Shown piece by piece: positions 38,604 to 50,197 of a stretch of 64,000 bases of DNA. Every line of letters starts with the position of its first letter. Position 1 is the first letter of the stretch. Origin of the DNA: Owenia fusiformis (lineage: Eukaryota); contig CAIIXF020000001.1 in the NCBI GenBank assembly GCA_903813345.2, positions 19,840,001 through 19,904,000 on the forward strand. Reading direction: 5' to 3'. The position numbers were made by a program, and so were the translations under genes. The notes under the pieces were generated by a model that did not search any database, was not told the origin of the DNA, and saw nothing but the letters and a program-made list of their open reading frames with translations.

Positions 38604-40288
38604 TTTTTTTTTTTTTTTTTATGATATTTTATATGTTATTTTCTTTTTCATGTTATCAATTTATTTCTAATATAAACATTTACATTCAATTACAAATTCT
38701 AATTGCCAAGGTTTTGCAACATTAGCGGCAATTTAATATATATATTATATATACATGTAGATATTAGATAATGAAATAAGATAAATTTGTTAAGGTTATT
38801 TCAAAATACCTGAAGGTTATCCCATGGGCCAGGATGTTAACGGAACTTGAAAAATAATTCGGTCATTGCAGAAAAAAGGACTTGTCAAATTACTACTAGA
38901 TAGATAATAAAACAAGGCTTGTATGTATATAATAGCTAACAATATGAATTAAAGCTTCATTCATAGTAGCATCCAGGTTAGTGCTTCCAAACAGTAAAAA
39001 TTGTAATTTGTCATTCAAGTTGTAGTTATTGAACAAGTCACTTAAATTGTAAGTACGAAGGCCTGCAATGAGGTTGTTTCTTTCATTCTGTAGCAGTGGG
39101 CATTTTAAAAGAAAATGCATGGTTGTCATTGGTACACCACAATGGCACAAAGGATCAGTAATGTCTTTGAAGTTGTGAGCATAAAGGTGTGATTTTAATA
39201 AGAGGCCAGATCTTAGTCTATTAAGTTTTATTTCGAGATGTCTGGGTAAGGTCACATTTAATTTAGTAGTTGGGATTAAAGAGACAGGGCTCTTGTACTC
39301 TCGCACTAATCTTTTAAAACTAGAAATAGGTTGACCCCTTCTAGTATCAGGTGGCAAATCATTCCACAATGTTATAGCCTGAAATATGGTACTTCTTTTA
39401 GAAGACATGCTCAGTCGAGTTGGAAGAGAATAATCTCTTTGATCTCTTAAATTACGGGCAGGTATATGCTCATATTTACGAAGTAAATCACAAATAAACG
39501 GGGGGTTGATATTATATCTGCATTTAAAAACAAACATTTTTAGGTGCTCGATTCTTCTAACGGATAAGGATTTCCAATTCAAAGAATTTAAGACTTTAAT
39601 AGTATTGGATCCATGAATAGAACCAGATACCAAACAGGCTGCTCGGTAGTGGAGTCTGTCAAGAGCTTGTAGTTTCAAATTTGAAGCCTTATTGTAAATT
39701 GCATCGCAATAATCAAAATGTGGCATGATATACGTATTATATATTATCTCTAAGTGCATACTATTTAAAAGTTTGCTCAATTTTTTCATTGGTCTTAGGA
39801 GTGAGGTAACTCTTTTTATAATCTGATCAATATGGTAATTGAAGTTAAGGTGTTTGTCAAGATTAAGCCCTAGATGTTTGTGATTCTCACAACTGGGAAT
39901 AACATCTGCACCTAATCTCAATGGTGGTGGGTCAAAAGGAATATTTCTTCTAGAGAAAATGATGTCGGCGCTTTTTTGAGCTTTGAATTGCATCTTCCAG
40001 GTGGCAGCCCAGAGAGCAAGCTTGTCCAAATCACTTTGAATTGGTTGATGAATATTGAAAAACACTGTATTTTTGTCATATGGGCAATAAATGGAAGTAT
40101 CATCGGCAAAAATGAACGATTTTGATAGTAATTCATCTGGCAAATCATTTATATAAATTAGAAATAGTAACGGTCCAAGGACAGACCCTTGTGGCACTCC
40201 AGCATTGATGGTATAGTTCACAGACTGCTCATTAGGTTCATTTTGATTGTTAATATTATTTGAAGACCATTTTGAAAGGGTGCCATTC
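38604..40288 (-). mobile_element. 5'-truncated CR1-group (CR1/L2-like) LINE with poly(A) tail and 10-bp TSD
   Basis: T17 at 38604-38620; TSD atatgacatt at 38596-38605 and 40289-40298; the element contains an RT ORF. Confidence 0.9.
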
Positions 40289-40290
40289 AT
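38896..40290 (-). CDS. Reverse transcriptase C-terminal part (LINE ORF2 fragment, N-terminally truncated)
   Basis: GVPQGSVLGPLLFLIYINDL, FADD, HKHLG and C-terminal CHCG...HFLLKCP in an uninterrupted 464-codon frame. The endonuclease and the RT N-terminal subdomains are missing. Confidence 0.9.
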   Translation of the reverse strand: MNGTLSKWSSNNINNQNEPNEQSVNYTINAGVPQGSVLGPLLFLIYINDLPDELLSKSFIFADDTSIYCPYDKNTVFFNIHQPIQSDLDKLALWAATWKMQFKAQKSADIIFSRRNIPFDPPPLRLGADVIPSCENHKHLGLNLDKHLNFNYHIDQIIKRVTSLLRPMKKLSKLLNSMHLEIIYNTYIMPHFDYCDAIYNKASNLKLQALDRLHYRAACLVSGSIHGSNTIKVLNSLNWKSLSVRRIEHLKMFVFKCRYNINPPFICDLLRKYEHIPARNLRDQRDYSLPTRLSMSSKRSTIFQAITLWNDLPPDTRRGQPISSFKRLVREYKSPVSLIPTTKLNVTLPRHLEIKLNRLRSGLLLKSHLYAHNFKDITDPLCHCGVPMTTMHFLLKCPLLQNERNNLIAGLRTYNLSDLFNNYNLNDKLQFLLFGSTNLDATMNEALIHIVSYYIHTSLVLLSI

Positions 40291-41323
40291 ATGACATTGA
40301 TCACTTCTTTATGAATTATGACTGTATTAAATCAATTTGGAATGATGTAAATGTTACAAAAGATCAAAAATTGGAAGATTTACTTAAAACATTGGTAATT
40401 AAAAAGCTATACATAATTTAAAAAAAGGCCGGGTCAATGCAGCTGGTAATTTAAAAGCTATATTTGATACTGAAATAATGATAAGAAAGATGTATCTTGA
40501 AATTTCTATAATTGTATTTTATCTAATTGTATGCATGTAGTGTAAAATATGTTGGACTTGGAAAAAATTGAAGTCAGTCTCAACAGTATTAAATTGTTGA
40601 GTTATTGGAATTTTTGAGAATTTGTTACAGACGCCAACCGGCGTCCACTTCTTGTTGGTGACATAATTACTAGAATTACAGACTCCACATGACAGTTTTT
40701 TTAGTTTTCCGATCGACCAAAAGCTGACCGACAGCAATCTTGTTGAATTTGGAATACTTTTGTGATGACCTACAGGTACTTTTAGATATCTGTAGAACGG
40801 TTCAAGACACGCCCGATAATCGGAAAAAATGAACGGAGGGATGGAGGCGATTTCTATACTCATACTGATACTGGTCCTCAACAAATTTAGACTGAATAAT
40901 GTGAGTGTGCCAGAAAGGTTCCTAACCACTGTTCCACACCTGGATGACTCTAACTGCAGTTAGTATCATTCAAGATTTTTTGAAATATTTATTTCATCAT
41001 TTACTTATATTACATCAATATGAGTACAAATGAATATGAATACAACCGTACAAAAGTCAAATTACAATCAATCAAAAATACAGGCATACTGAATTAAAAG
41101 TTTTTGATTAAATTTTTAATCCACAATGCTAAAACAGTTTCCCTTTCTATGACATGGAATATAGATTCATAAAAATGTAAAGTAACAAATGCTGTTCTTA
41201 TACATACCTATGTCCCGATCTCATGTACATTTATGTTGCAAACAGTGAAAATAATGCTAAAACGGCCGCCTGTTGATGCTTCAATTGTCATTTAATCCAA
41301 ATAAAGTAAACATTATTTTATAC

Positions 41324-41995
41324 AGGAGCACGTAGGTTATCGCAAACAATTTCAAACGATTCTAACTTGAATTATGAATATTTTCTGATCATGAACATGG
41401 ATGTATCTTTTAGATCCATTCATTATCTTCAAGAAAAGTATATATAATGATAATTTAGTTAATCAGACCTTAGTGATATTGAAGGGGCAATGGACCAATC
41501 AACATACATGTTGACCTAATTTTCACCAAAAATGCAACCTATTATTATATTGTTGAATGCATAATTAGAATGTGCTTTGAGACATGTTCGATTTCCTAAA
41601 AGGAAAATTTGATTGCTCCAGGGACTTTAAAGATATTCAATTTGGATGACCAAAATGAACTGAAACCAATGGATAGCATGAGATTTTTCGATGGAGAAAT
41701 AACATGGGGAACACTTATCTCAATGCAATTAAGTTTTCCTTTCAAGAACTATTTGATACATCAAAATAATGATTGCATTTTTGGTGAAAATGGGGTGAAC
41801 ATCTTTGAAAAAGTGTGTTGATGAGTTAATTGCTAGTTAAATATCTCCGAGTTTGTTTGAATTTATTATAACTGTGCATAATTTTCTTTGAGATAATGAA
41901 TTGATCTAAAAGATTAACTTGTCTTTATTGTCAGAAAATAGTCATAATCCAAGATATAACCTTCTGAAATTGTTTGCGATAACCCACGTGCTCCT
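41324..41995. mobile_element. Non-autonomous DNA element, AGG...CCT ends (Kolobok-like; TSD decayed)
   Basis: aggagcacgtaggttatcgcaaacaatttca ... tgaaattgtttgcgataacccacgtgctcct. Confidence 0.75.
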
Positions 41996-42859
41996 TTAGA
42001 CACGGGCTTTCAGGTCGTATATGCATTTAAGTCATTAATTAATAAGAACGCTAGATTATACGTGTTACTTGGGTAACAAATAAACTTGGGTAATCAAAAT
42101 CTGTATTTTTGTCGTTATCTCGTTATCTCCAGCTTTTGCCTGTTTTCCAACATGGTAACCAACTTATATGGTCAAGAACTAGTGAAATCTTGAGTTTTCA
42201 CCATTTCACCACTTTTCTCAGTCGTCTTTCAATATTTGTGCTTCGGTTTTTTTCATCGTGTTCCTTGGAAAAAACTAATTCCGAATGGCAAATCGTAATT
42301 TGATTACTTTTATCGTTGTTTGAGAAATTAGTGTCAAAATGTAGGTAAAGTTCACTAAATTTAACGTTTGAGTTATGAAATAGATGTAGAATTTTCTCAG
42401 AAATCCAAATCTGCAAATTTCGATCCGACTTTCGGTTCAGAAGTCATGGCGTTTTGAAATCTCAAAAACCGCTATTGAGAACTTGAAAATATGGATGAAT
42501 AATAATAAAAAAAAACTTTTGACCTTTTTTGACCTTGAGAAGGTCATTAAAGGTCAAATCTCAAATCTAAAGTCCGATTTGAACTTCTGAGAAATTGTAA
42601 TGATTTTGAAAAGAATTGCTAAGTTTGAAGCAAGTTGAAAAAAGACCTCATTGAAAAGTTTTAATCAATTTAAAGCAAGTTGAAAAAACCTTCTTGGCCT
42701 TGTTTAACCTAAAGACCTTTTTGACCTGGAGAAGGTTATTGAAGGTCAAATCTCAAATCTAAAGTCAGATTAGAATTTCTGAGAACTTGTAGACGATTTT
42801 GAAAAAATTGGTCAATTTGAAGCTAGTAGAAAAAATACTTTTTTACCTTTTTAAACCTA

Positions 42860-44402
42860 CAGGGTGGGCCAAAAAAAACACCCCTAGCCGATATTCCTTA
42901 TAAAAAATCATTTTTGAACATGTACACCAACGATGATATATCATGTTAAAGATAATTTAATTTGCAACAGAATGATATATAATAGAACAGTTTTCAACAT
43001 CCATGGCTTGAGATACAATCATTTATGTGACATGGGGGTCAAAAAACACCTTTTCAATTTTCATCGATTTTGCGAACAATAGCCTATTTCTACCAAATTG
43101 TTCTGTTAAAAATTGCAACATTGTCATGAGTCTTTCATTATTGGATATTATATATTGTTTTTATTCAGGTTTTGAACCATGCATGCTCAATAAACATGTG
43201 TATGCTCATAAAACAAATTCATTTCTTCTTCAGTCTGTCCAAATATGGCTCAATAGAGCCACCCCCGGACTCACCTTCTGATCTGATTATTCGCCAAAGA
43301 CACGAAAGCCGTTGGTATAATTGATGGATCTCTGCGGAAGTACCATCAAACTCCTAATTATTCATTCTTTCAGTTTGTCTACATCTCTGATAGGCTAGTG
43401 ATCTTCATAGACCAACTGTTTTAAATGTACTATACATGTAATCAACAGGATAGAGTCTATATATCAGTAAGCAAGAAAGGGACATTTGTGATGAAATGCT
43501 ACTCAAATCGAGATGACATTTTTCTGAAAGGGTAGTGGTGTCCACTCGGTGTTTCCCAAAACATGCAGGCCCTGTTTTTGTTGAACTAGGAGCAAAAATA
43601 TATATACTCTGAATGTTTATGACATGAGATGTTAAAAATGACTCCTCAAGGATATAAAAAACATGTGAAAGAAATTTCATTTTCTGATAGGAAAGTGCTT
43701 CATCACACAGGTCCAATACTACCCTTGAGTTTTTGGAGATTCGAAATGACGCCATCTCTAGCCCGGACAAATGGCTTACTGGCAGTCCAGATGCCAATAA
43801 TGTTGATTACCATACCTGGGGGCATCTAGAAAAGTTGGTATTTAAATACAGCCAGCCTATATCAGGGATGTAGACGAACTTAAAGAAAGAATAACTAGCA
43901 GTTGAATGGTACTTCCGCATACATCCATCAATTATGCCATCAACCAATGGCTTGCGCATCTTAAGCGAATAATCCGATCAGAGAATGGGTCGGGGTGGGT
44001 CTATTGAGCCATATTGGGACAGACTGAAGAAGAAATGAATTGGTTTTATAAGCATACACATGTTTATTGAGCATGTATGGTTCAAAACCTGAATAAAAAC
44101 AATATATAATATCCAATAATGAAAGACTCGTGACAATGTTGCAATTTTTAACTGAACAGTAAAATTTGGTAGAAATAGGCTATTGTTCGCAAAATCGATG
44201 AAAATTGAAAAGGTGTTTTTTGACCCCCATGTCACATAAATGGTTATATCTTGAGCCAGGGTTGTTGAAAACTGTTCTGTTATATATCATTTTGTTGCAA
44301 ATTAAATTATCTTTAAAATGATATATCATTGTTGGTGTACATGTTAAAAAATAAATATTTATCAGAATTAATGGCTAGGGGGTGGTTTTTTGGCCCACCC
44401 TG
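42860..44402. mobile_element. Tc1-like derivative with ~540-bp inverted arms containing transposase 3'-end remnants
   Basis: ta|cagggtgggccaaaaaa ... tttttggcccaccctg|ta. Both arms encode a decayed IRDVD(E/K)LKE(R)I...LP..SINY...IIRSE peptide. Confidence 0.88.
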
Positions 44403-45124
44403 TATTTTGACTTTGAAAATATCATTTTGGTCAAACCTTAAATCTTAGGTCAGGTTTGAAATTCTGAAAACCTGTAGATGATTTTGACAAAACTTGAAGT
44501 CAGTCTAAACAGTATTTGTTAAATTATTGGAAGTTGTAAGAATTTGTTACAGACGCCACCCGTCGATCGCCAACCTTTATTTGACCTTGAAAGCTTAATT
44601 GAAGATTAAATCTTAAATCTGAAGTCAGATTTTAAACTTCTGAAAGCTATAGATGATTTTGAAAAAAGTATTGCTGTTCATTCTATTTTGTTCCAGCAAG
44701 GTTAGGGAAGATCTTTCATTTTATTCTAAAGAATTGGTAGAAAGGAACAAAAACCAATTACACTAAAGAACAAAAATTATTCACAAAAAGAATAATAAAA
44801 AAAATATATATATAATTTTCGCATTAAATCGTTGTGAGTCAGTGACCATTACATAAAGGACACTGTTTTACAGAGTGTTTTCAATAATTGGTTTGAGTGA
44901 AAAACAATGTTGAATTCAATTCGCCATATCGATACATGTACCTATCCTTTGGACACAAAAAGACCTAGGTCAAATTTATAGTTTTCCTTATCTTTACGGT
45001 TCTGACACGACACTTTAATAAAGTTCTCCAAATTCAACGTCTGAGTTATGAAATTAGAGAGAAATTTTCTCAGGAGTTCGAATCTGAAATCAGAAATGAA
45101 ATTTGACTTCCGGTTAAGATTCTA

Positions 45125-45739
45125 CACGGTCCACATCCCGCACCGTATGATATGGGCCGTTCGTGTGCACAAGATCCGACCATACCGCCTCTATAGAGAG
45201 GAAATTCGGAGTTAAGTTGCATTATTAGAGTATTCTTTCACACGAAAAGATGGAACTATTAACAGGACATGGTCGGAGTCCCCAAATTATCCTCACACGA
45301 CTTAGTCGGATCCTAGCTGTGGTAGGGTCGGATCCTTCTATTCGAATTTTAAACCACATTTTCATGTACTTTTGTGATGCATTACGTTATATTTGTTTAT
45401 CAATCGCACACATTAATGCATGCTTTTTATAAATAGCACGAAATTAGAGATGTATGCGGTACTACTAATATAAAAGACTTATTGCAATTGAAGTGTATTC
45501 TGTCGTGAAAAGTCTATGTTCGACCTATTTTCACCTATGAAGCCTTGCTATTTTTTCTTGCATTCTTCATGAATTCATAGTTTATTATATTGCCTAGGTG
45601 ACCATTCACAAAATATCAAAATTTGCTCTGTTTCCTACCTTTCCTGATATTTTGTCAATTTTGGCCTCTTTGCCTCACGAAGGGATCGTATTCTAGCACA
45701 CGAACATACCATAACATACGGAGCGGGATGTGGACCGTG
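45125..45739. mobile_element. Non-autonomous DNA element with CACGG...CCGTG ends and 6-bp TSD
   Basis: TIR cacggtccacatcccgc(a/t)ccgtatg; TSD attcta at 45119-45124 and 45740-45745. Confidence 0.85.
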
Positions 45740-45772
45740 ATTCTATGACGTTTTGAAATCTTGAAAAGCCAG

Positions 45773-46036
45773 CACGGGCGTAGCCAGCTTTCGGTCAGGG
45801 GGTGTGATCATCAATTTTTTTCGGTCTCCAGTCAGGGGGTGCGATTGTGGCATTAGTGGACGAAACATTTTATTTTTAAAGATTTGTTTTGAATTTTACA
45901 AAAAACTTCCTTCAAAATTGAGCTAGAATTTTCAAATAAATGCGTTTTGAAGCACTTTTGATGTCTTTGTCTATCTAATGTTTTTTTATTGGTTTGGGGG
46001 GGGGGGTTCGCACCCATCCCCCTGGCTACGCCCATG
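45773..46036. mobile_element. hAT-like MITE
   Basis: cacgggcgtagccag ... ctggctacgcccatg; flanks gccag / accag. Confidence 0.7.
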
Positions 46037-46579
46037 ACCAGTGTGATTGTATCCCAATGTTTAGTCAATAGAGTCGAAGGAAACCTACCTAACCTACCTC
46101 TCAATGTCTATTCTGGTTGTCTCGGGTTATTTTGGATGACTCATCTTATTCTGGATAACCAAGCTTTAAAAAGTCTGAAATCTGGAGTCTTGAATTGAAC
46201 TTGTTCAATTTGATATGTCTAGTTGTCATTTCAACTCGGTGTTATATATTGGTTTTCTGTAAAAAGATCGTTTAAGTAAAATGGCAACCGCACAGCATGT
46301 TTGAATTTAAGGTCAAATGTCATCTTCAAAAAATTTACTATTCTCCGCTTTGGAAAGCATCAATTAATAAAACTTTGTAGCTAGCCGAATTCCACAATGT
46401 TAAAATATCCCTTTTCCTGACACTTTCACCTTTCGAATGATATATTTAAACCCTGGGACAAGAAGCGTCATTTTTTGATTTGTTAAGAGGTATATGTTGA
46501 ATAGTGATATTGTATATATATTATATCACAATACACAACATGTCTACGTGATCTTTTACAAGGTAGCATGAACAGCCTA

Positions 46580-48537
46580 TAGTGGAGTCAATTAAGGCAA
46601 TAAAACCCTAGAATTGCACATGCTATATATATAGCACTATTTTCTGACATAAGAATCACTACTACATATATTTTTGATATCTAACGAAGTGGTGTTGAAA
46701 AGTGGCCCCATTTGATAATAACAGGCCTTGAAAATTTTGGGCATTTACACTGTGAAAGTAAAACAATTCAGAAATCTGCCTGCGTTAAAAATCAATAGAA
46801 ATGTACAATATTAGAAAATTCCATAGTGGAGTTTTTGAGAAAAGACGCTTTACTTAAGCCAAATTGATACCGTTTATAATGGCAACTAATGGGGTTTTTC
46901 CAAAATGCAAACGTCAATATCTTTGGAAATAGGTCAAAGAAAAAATTTAATCCTTCATATTTTGAAGATAATCGTGTTATTGTAACATCCTAGGAATAAG
47001 GGCTTCATCGCTTTTGAACTGCTCTGTAGGGGGGGGGGGGGGTCTTTTGAAGATTATATATTATATTTAAAATAAGAATTTTTCAGAAATGTGCCTGTTT
47101 GATTTTTTTTAATTAATATATTAACTATAGAAATGTACAATATTAAAAATTCCACAGTGGACGTTTTGCGAAAAGGAGACTTCAGTAAAGTCATAATGAT
47201 AGCGGTTTATAATGGCATCCAATGGGGATTTCCAATATTTCAACGCCAATATCTCTGGAACTTAGTTGTTTTGGATAAAGTCATGTTATTGCAACATCCT
47301 TGGAATATGGCTCCATCACTTTTGAACTGCTCTACAGGGGGAGTTTTTAACAGCTGAATATATTAAAAATAAGAATTTATCAGAAATGTGCCCGTTTGAT
47401 TTTTTAAATCAATATATATATATATATATATTAACTCTACTATCGAAATATACGATACTAGAATATTCCATAGTGGAATTTCTGAGAAATGGACACTTTA
47501 GTAAAGCTATTAATTGATAGCGGTTTATAATGGCAGCCAATGGGGAATTTCGAAAATTCAAAAGCACATATCTTTGGAACTAGGCAAAGAGAAGTCATAC
47601 CTTCTTATTTTGAAAATAATAGTGTTATTGTTATATCCTAGGAGTATGGCCCTTATCACTTTTGAACTGTTCTGCAAGGGACCTTTTGAAGATTGATAAA
47701 TTATCATGGGGCTCAATATAGGTTTTTATAGTTTTTAACGGCTAGATATATCAAAAATAAGAAATTTTCAGAAATGTACCCGTTTGATTTTTTTTAAATC
47801 AATATATTAACTATACGAATCTGCAATATTAGAAAATTTCACTGTGGACTTTTTGAGAAAAGGACAATTTAGTAAAGCCATATTGATAGCCGTTTATAAT
47901 GGCAGCCAATGGAGAATTTTCAAAATTCAAACGCAAATATCTTTGGAACTAGGTAAAAGAAAAAATTTAACCCTTCTTATTTTGAAGATAATCATGTTAT
48001 TGTAACGTATTAGGAGAATTGGCATAATTACTCTAAAACTGCCCTGTATGGGGTCTTTTGAAGATTGGTAAATTAACATGGGGCTCAATATAGGTTTTTA
48101 TAGTTTTTAACAGCTAAATATATAAAAAACAAGAAATTTTCAGAAATGTACCTGTTTGATTTCTTTAAAATCAATATATTAACTATAGAAATCTGCAATA
48201 TTAGAAAATTTCACCGTAGAATTTTTGAGAAAAGGACACTTAAGTAAAGCCACATTGATAGCCATTTATTTTGAAGATAATCATGCTACTGTAACATCCT
48301 GGGAATATGGGCTTTATCACTCTAAAACTGTACTGCAGGGGATCTTTTGAAGATTGATAAATTAACATGGGGCTCAATGTAAATGTCCAAAATTTCCAAG
48401 GCCTGTTATAATCAAATGGGGCCACTTTTCAACACCACTTCGTTAGATATCAAAAATATATGTATTAATAATACTTATGTCAAAAAATGATGCTATATAT
48501 ATAGCATGTGCAATTGAACACTTATCTGACTCCACTA
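46580..48537. mobile_element. Academ-like non-autonomous element (TAG...CTA ends, 3-bp TSD) with ~5 internal 300-390-bp tandem units
   Basis: cta|tagtggagtca ... tgactccacta|cta with ~170-bp imperfect TIRs. The internal marker cagaaat(g/c)t recurs at ~46770, 47083, 47381, 47769 and 48141. Confidence 0.8.
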
Positions 48538-48610
48538 CTAGTTTAATCATGGGCTTTCAACTAGATTAATGCAATCGGTAATTGAACTTTAGTCTTCACA
48601 AAACAGAAAG

Positions 48611-50197
48611 ATGGATTTCATAAAGTTTGTGAGAATTGTCATACTATGTTCGTCTTTATGTGAATCTAGTAAAATTCTAGTGACTCCGGTAGATGCTGGC
48701 TACAATAGCAGGTTGAAAAATATGATACAAATAGGAAAGCTTTTGATGAATGCTGGACATGAAGTAACACTGTTGTTTTCTGATCAACTTGAAGTTGACG
48801 CTTTGTATAAATTGGCAGAGACAAATACTATGAATAAAACATTCAATGTGATACACTACAAAAAGCCACCCGTTGATCCATCTAAAGACATGGATACTTT
48901 GAATCAGGACTGGTTAAAAGGTATGATGAAGAAGAACGGAGTGGATGCGCTTGAATATATTAGTTCCGTATTTGATGTAATAATCTCCTATCCTTTAGAA
49001 GATGACATTGTTTGGAAAAGGATTTCCACTGCAAACTTCGACCTGATAGTAAGTGATGAAAATGTTTACTACTCAAGGATTGTAGCTGCGAGTTTTGACG
49101 TTCCATTGATTCTGTATTCGAACTGGGGACCAATGACATTTGGCGCAAATCTTGTGCAACGATTCAATCTTGCGTTAGTCCCAGCTTTCGTGGAGCCATA
49201 CTCAGATGCCTTGTCATTCTCTGAAAGAGTATACAATGTTTGGCAGTACTATAAACTTCTTAGAGTGAATGAAAATATTTTCAGCAAAAGCATTGGGCTG
49301 TGTAGACAACATGGCTACGGGGAGGCCTGTGATAACATAAAGGACGCGGAAAAAACTGTATCGTTGATCTTTATGAACAGGAATGATGTACTACACTACC
49401 CACTACCACTCATGCCACATGTTATTTCTCTTGAGGGATTTTTCCTTGAAACCCCCAAATCTTTGGGTCATCAGTACAAAGACATCATTGAGAGAGCTGG
49501 TAAAAATGGAATTATTGTTGTCAGTTTCGGATCAATGTTCCGTAAACTATGGCCAGAGCTTCGTACCATATTTGCCAAAGCATTTGCCGCTATGCCACAA
49601 ACTGTGATATGGAGTTATGAAGGTCCTACACCAGAAGGTATTGGAAAGAACACTTACGTGAGCAAATGGATACCACAAGAAAGCCTGTTGAACCACCCTG
49701 CAACTAAGGTGTTTGTGACCCAATGTGGTGCCTCGTCCAGTTTTCAAGCTCTGCACTATGCTGTTCCCGTCGTTGGCGTACCTTTCTTTTGGGATCAACC
49801 TTACTACTGCCAGAAACTGACCGAACGAGTAAAAGCTGGTCAAACTGTACATTTGGAAGGAATAACAAGTGAAAAACTCAAGCGCGCGATGGAGGAAGTA
49901 ATTAAGAACAAGACATACAAGGAGAATGCCGCAAAAGCTGCAGCTATATACCATGATCAACCAATTCCACCAAAGGATAAAGTCGTCTACTGGGCTGAAT
50001 ATGTTATACGTCACAAGGGTGCACCCCACTTACGATCTCAAGGTGCGAATGCATTGAATTTCTTCCAGTACTTCTTGCTTGATATCACAGCTTTAGTGGC
50101 AGCCATCATCGTTGCTATGGCAATTATTCTAATTATTATCGTCAAGAAGAGCATTAGTATTTTCTCGAGGAATTTTAAAAAGAACAAACGAGACTAA
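48611..50197 (+). CDS. Membrane-bound UDP-glycosyltransferase (UGT/GT1 family), intronless CDS, 528 aa
   Basis: Signal peptide, VVSFGS, signature WIPQESLLNHPATKVFVTQCGASSSFQALHYAVPVVGVPFFWDQ, YWAEYVIRHKGAPHLR, C-terminal TM helix and basic tail KKNKRD. Confidence 0.95.
   Translation: MDFIKFVRIVILCSSLCESSKILVTPVDAGYNSRLKNMIQIGKLLMNAGHEVTLLFSDQLEVDALYKLAETNTMNKTFNVIHYKKPPVDPSKDMDTLNQDWLKGMMKKNGVDALEYISSVFDVIISYPLEDDIVWKRISTANFDLIVSDENVYYSRIVAASFDVPLILYSNWGPMTFGANLVQRFNLALVPAFVEPYSDALSFSERVYNVWQYYKLLRVNENIFSKSIGLCRQHGYGEACDNIKDAEKTVSLIFMNRNDVLHYPLPLMPHVISLEGFFLETPKSLGHQYKDIIERAGKNGIIVVSFGSMFRKLWPELRTIFAKAFAAMPQTVIWSYEGPTPEGIGKNTYVSKWIPQESLLNHPATKVFVTQCGASSSFQALHYAVPVVGVPFFWDQPYYCQKLTERVKAGQTVHLEGITSEKLKRAMEEVIKNKTYKENAAKAAAIYHDQPIPPKDKVVYWAEYVIRHKGAPHLRSQGANALNFFQYFLLDITALVAAIIVAMAIILIIIVKKSISIFSRNFKKNKRD

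Larger units (their letters stand above)
38130..40500 (+). pseudogene. Degraded L1/Tx1-type LINE ORF2 C-terminal relic, split by a younger LINE
   Basis: WKNWIEEGIIYISDV...LQYN at 38133. Joining the two flanks across the TSD gives IQWKILHGIYPQNIYLKK*NIENSDICNFYNSHVKYDIDHFFMNYDCIKSIWNDV, a decayed zf-RVT-like Cys/His motif. Confidence 0.7.
37860..44670. repeat. Scattered blocks of a second ~120-bp tandem unit (tttgaccttgaaaaggtcattgaaggtcaaatct...aagtcagatttgaacttctga...gtagatgattttg), interrupted by later insertions
   Basis: Copies at ~37860-38130, ~42520-42858 and ~44405-44670. Confidence 0.7.
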
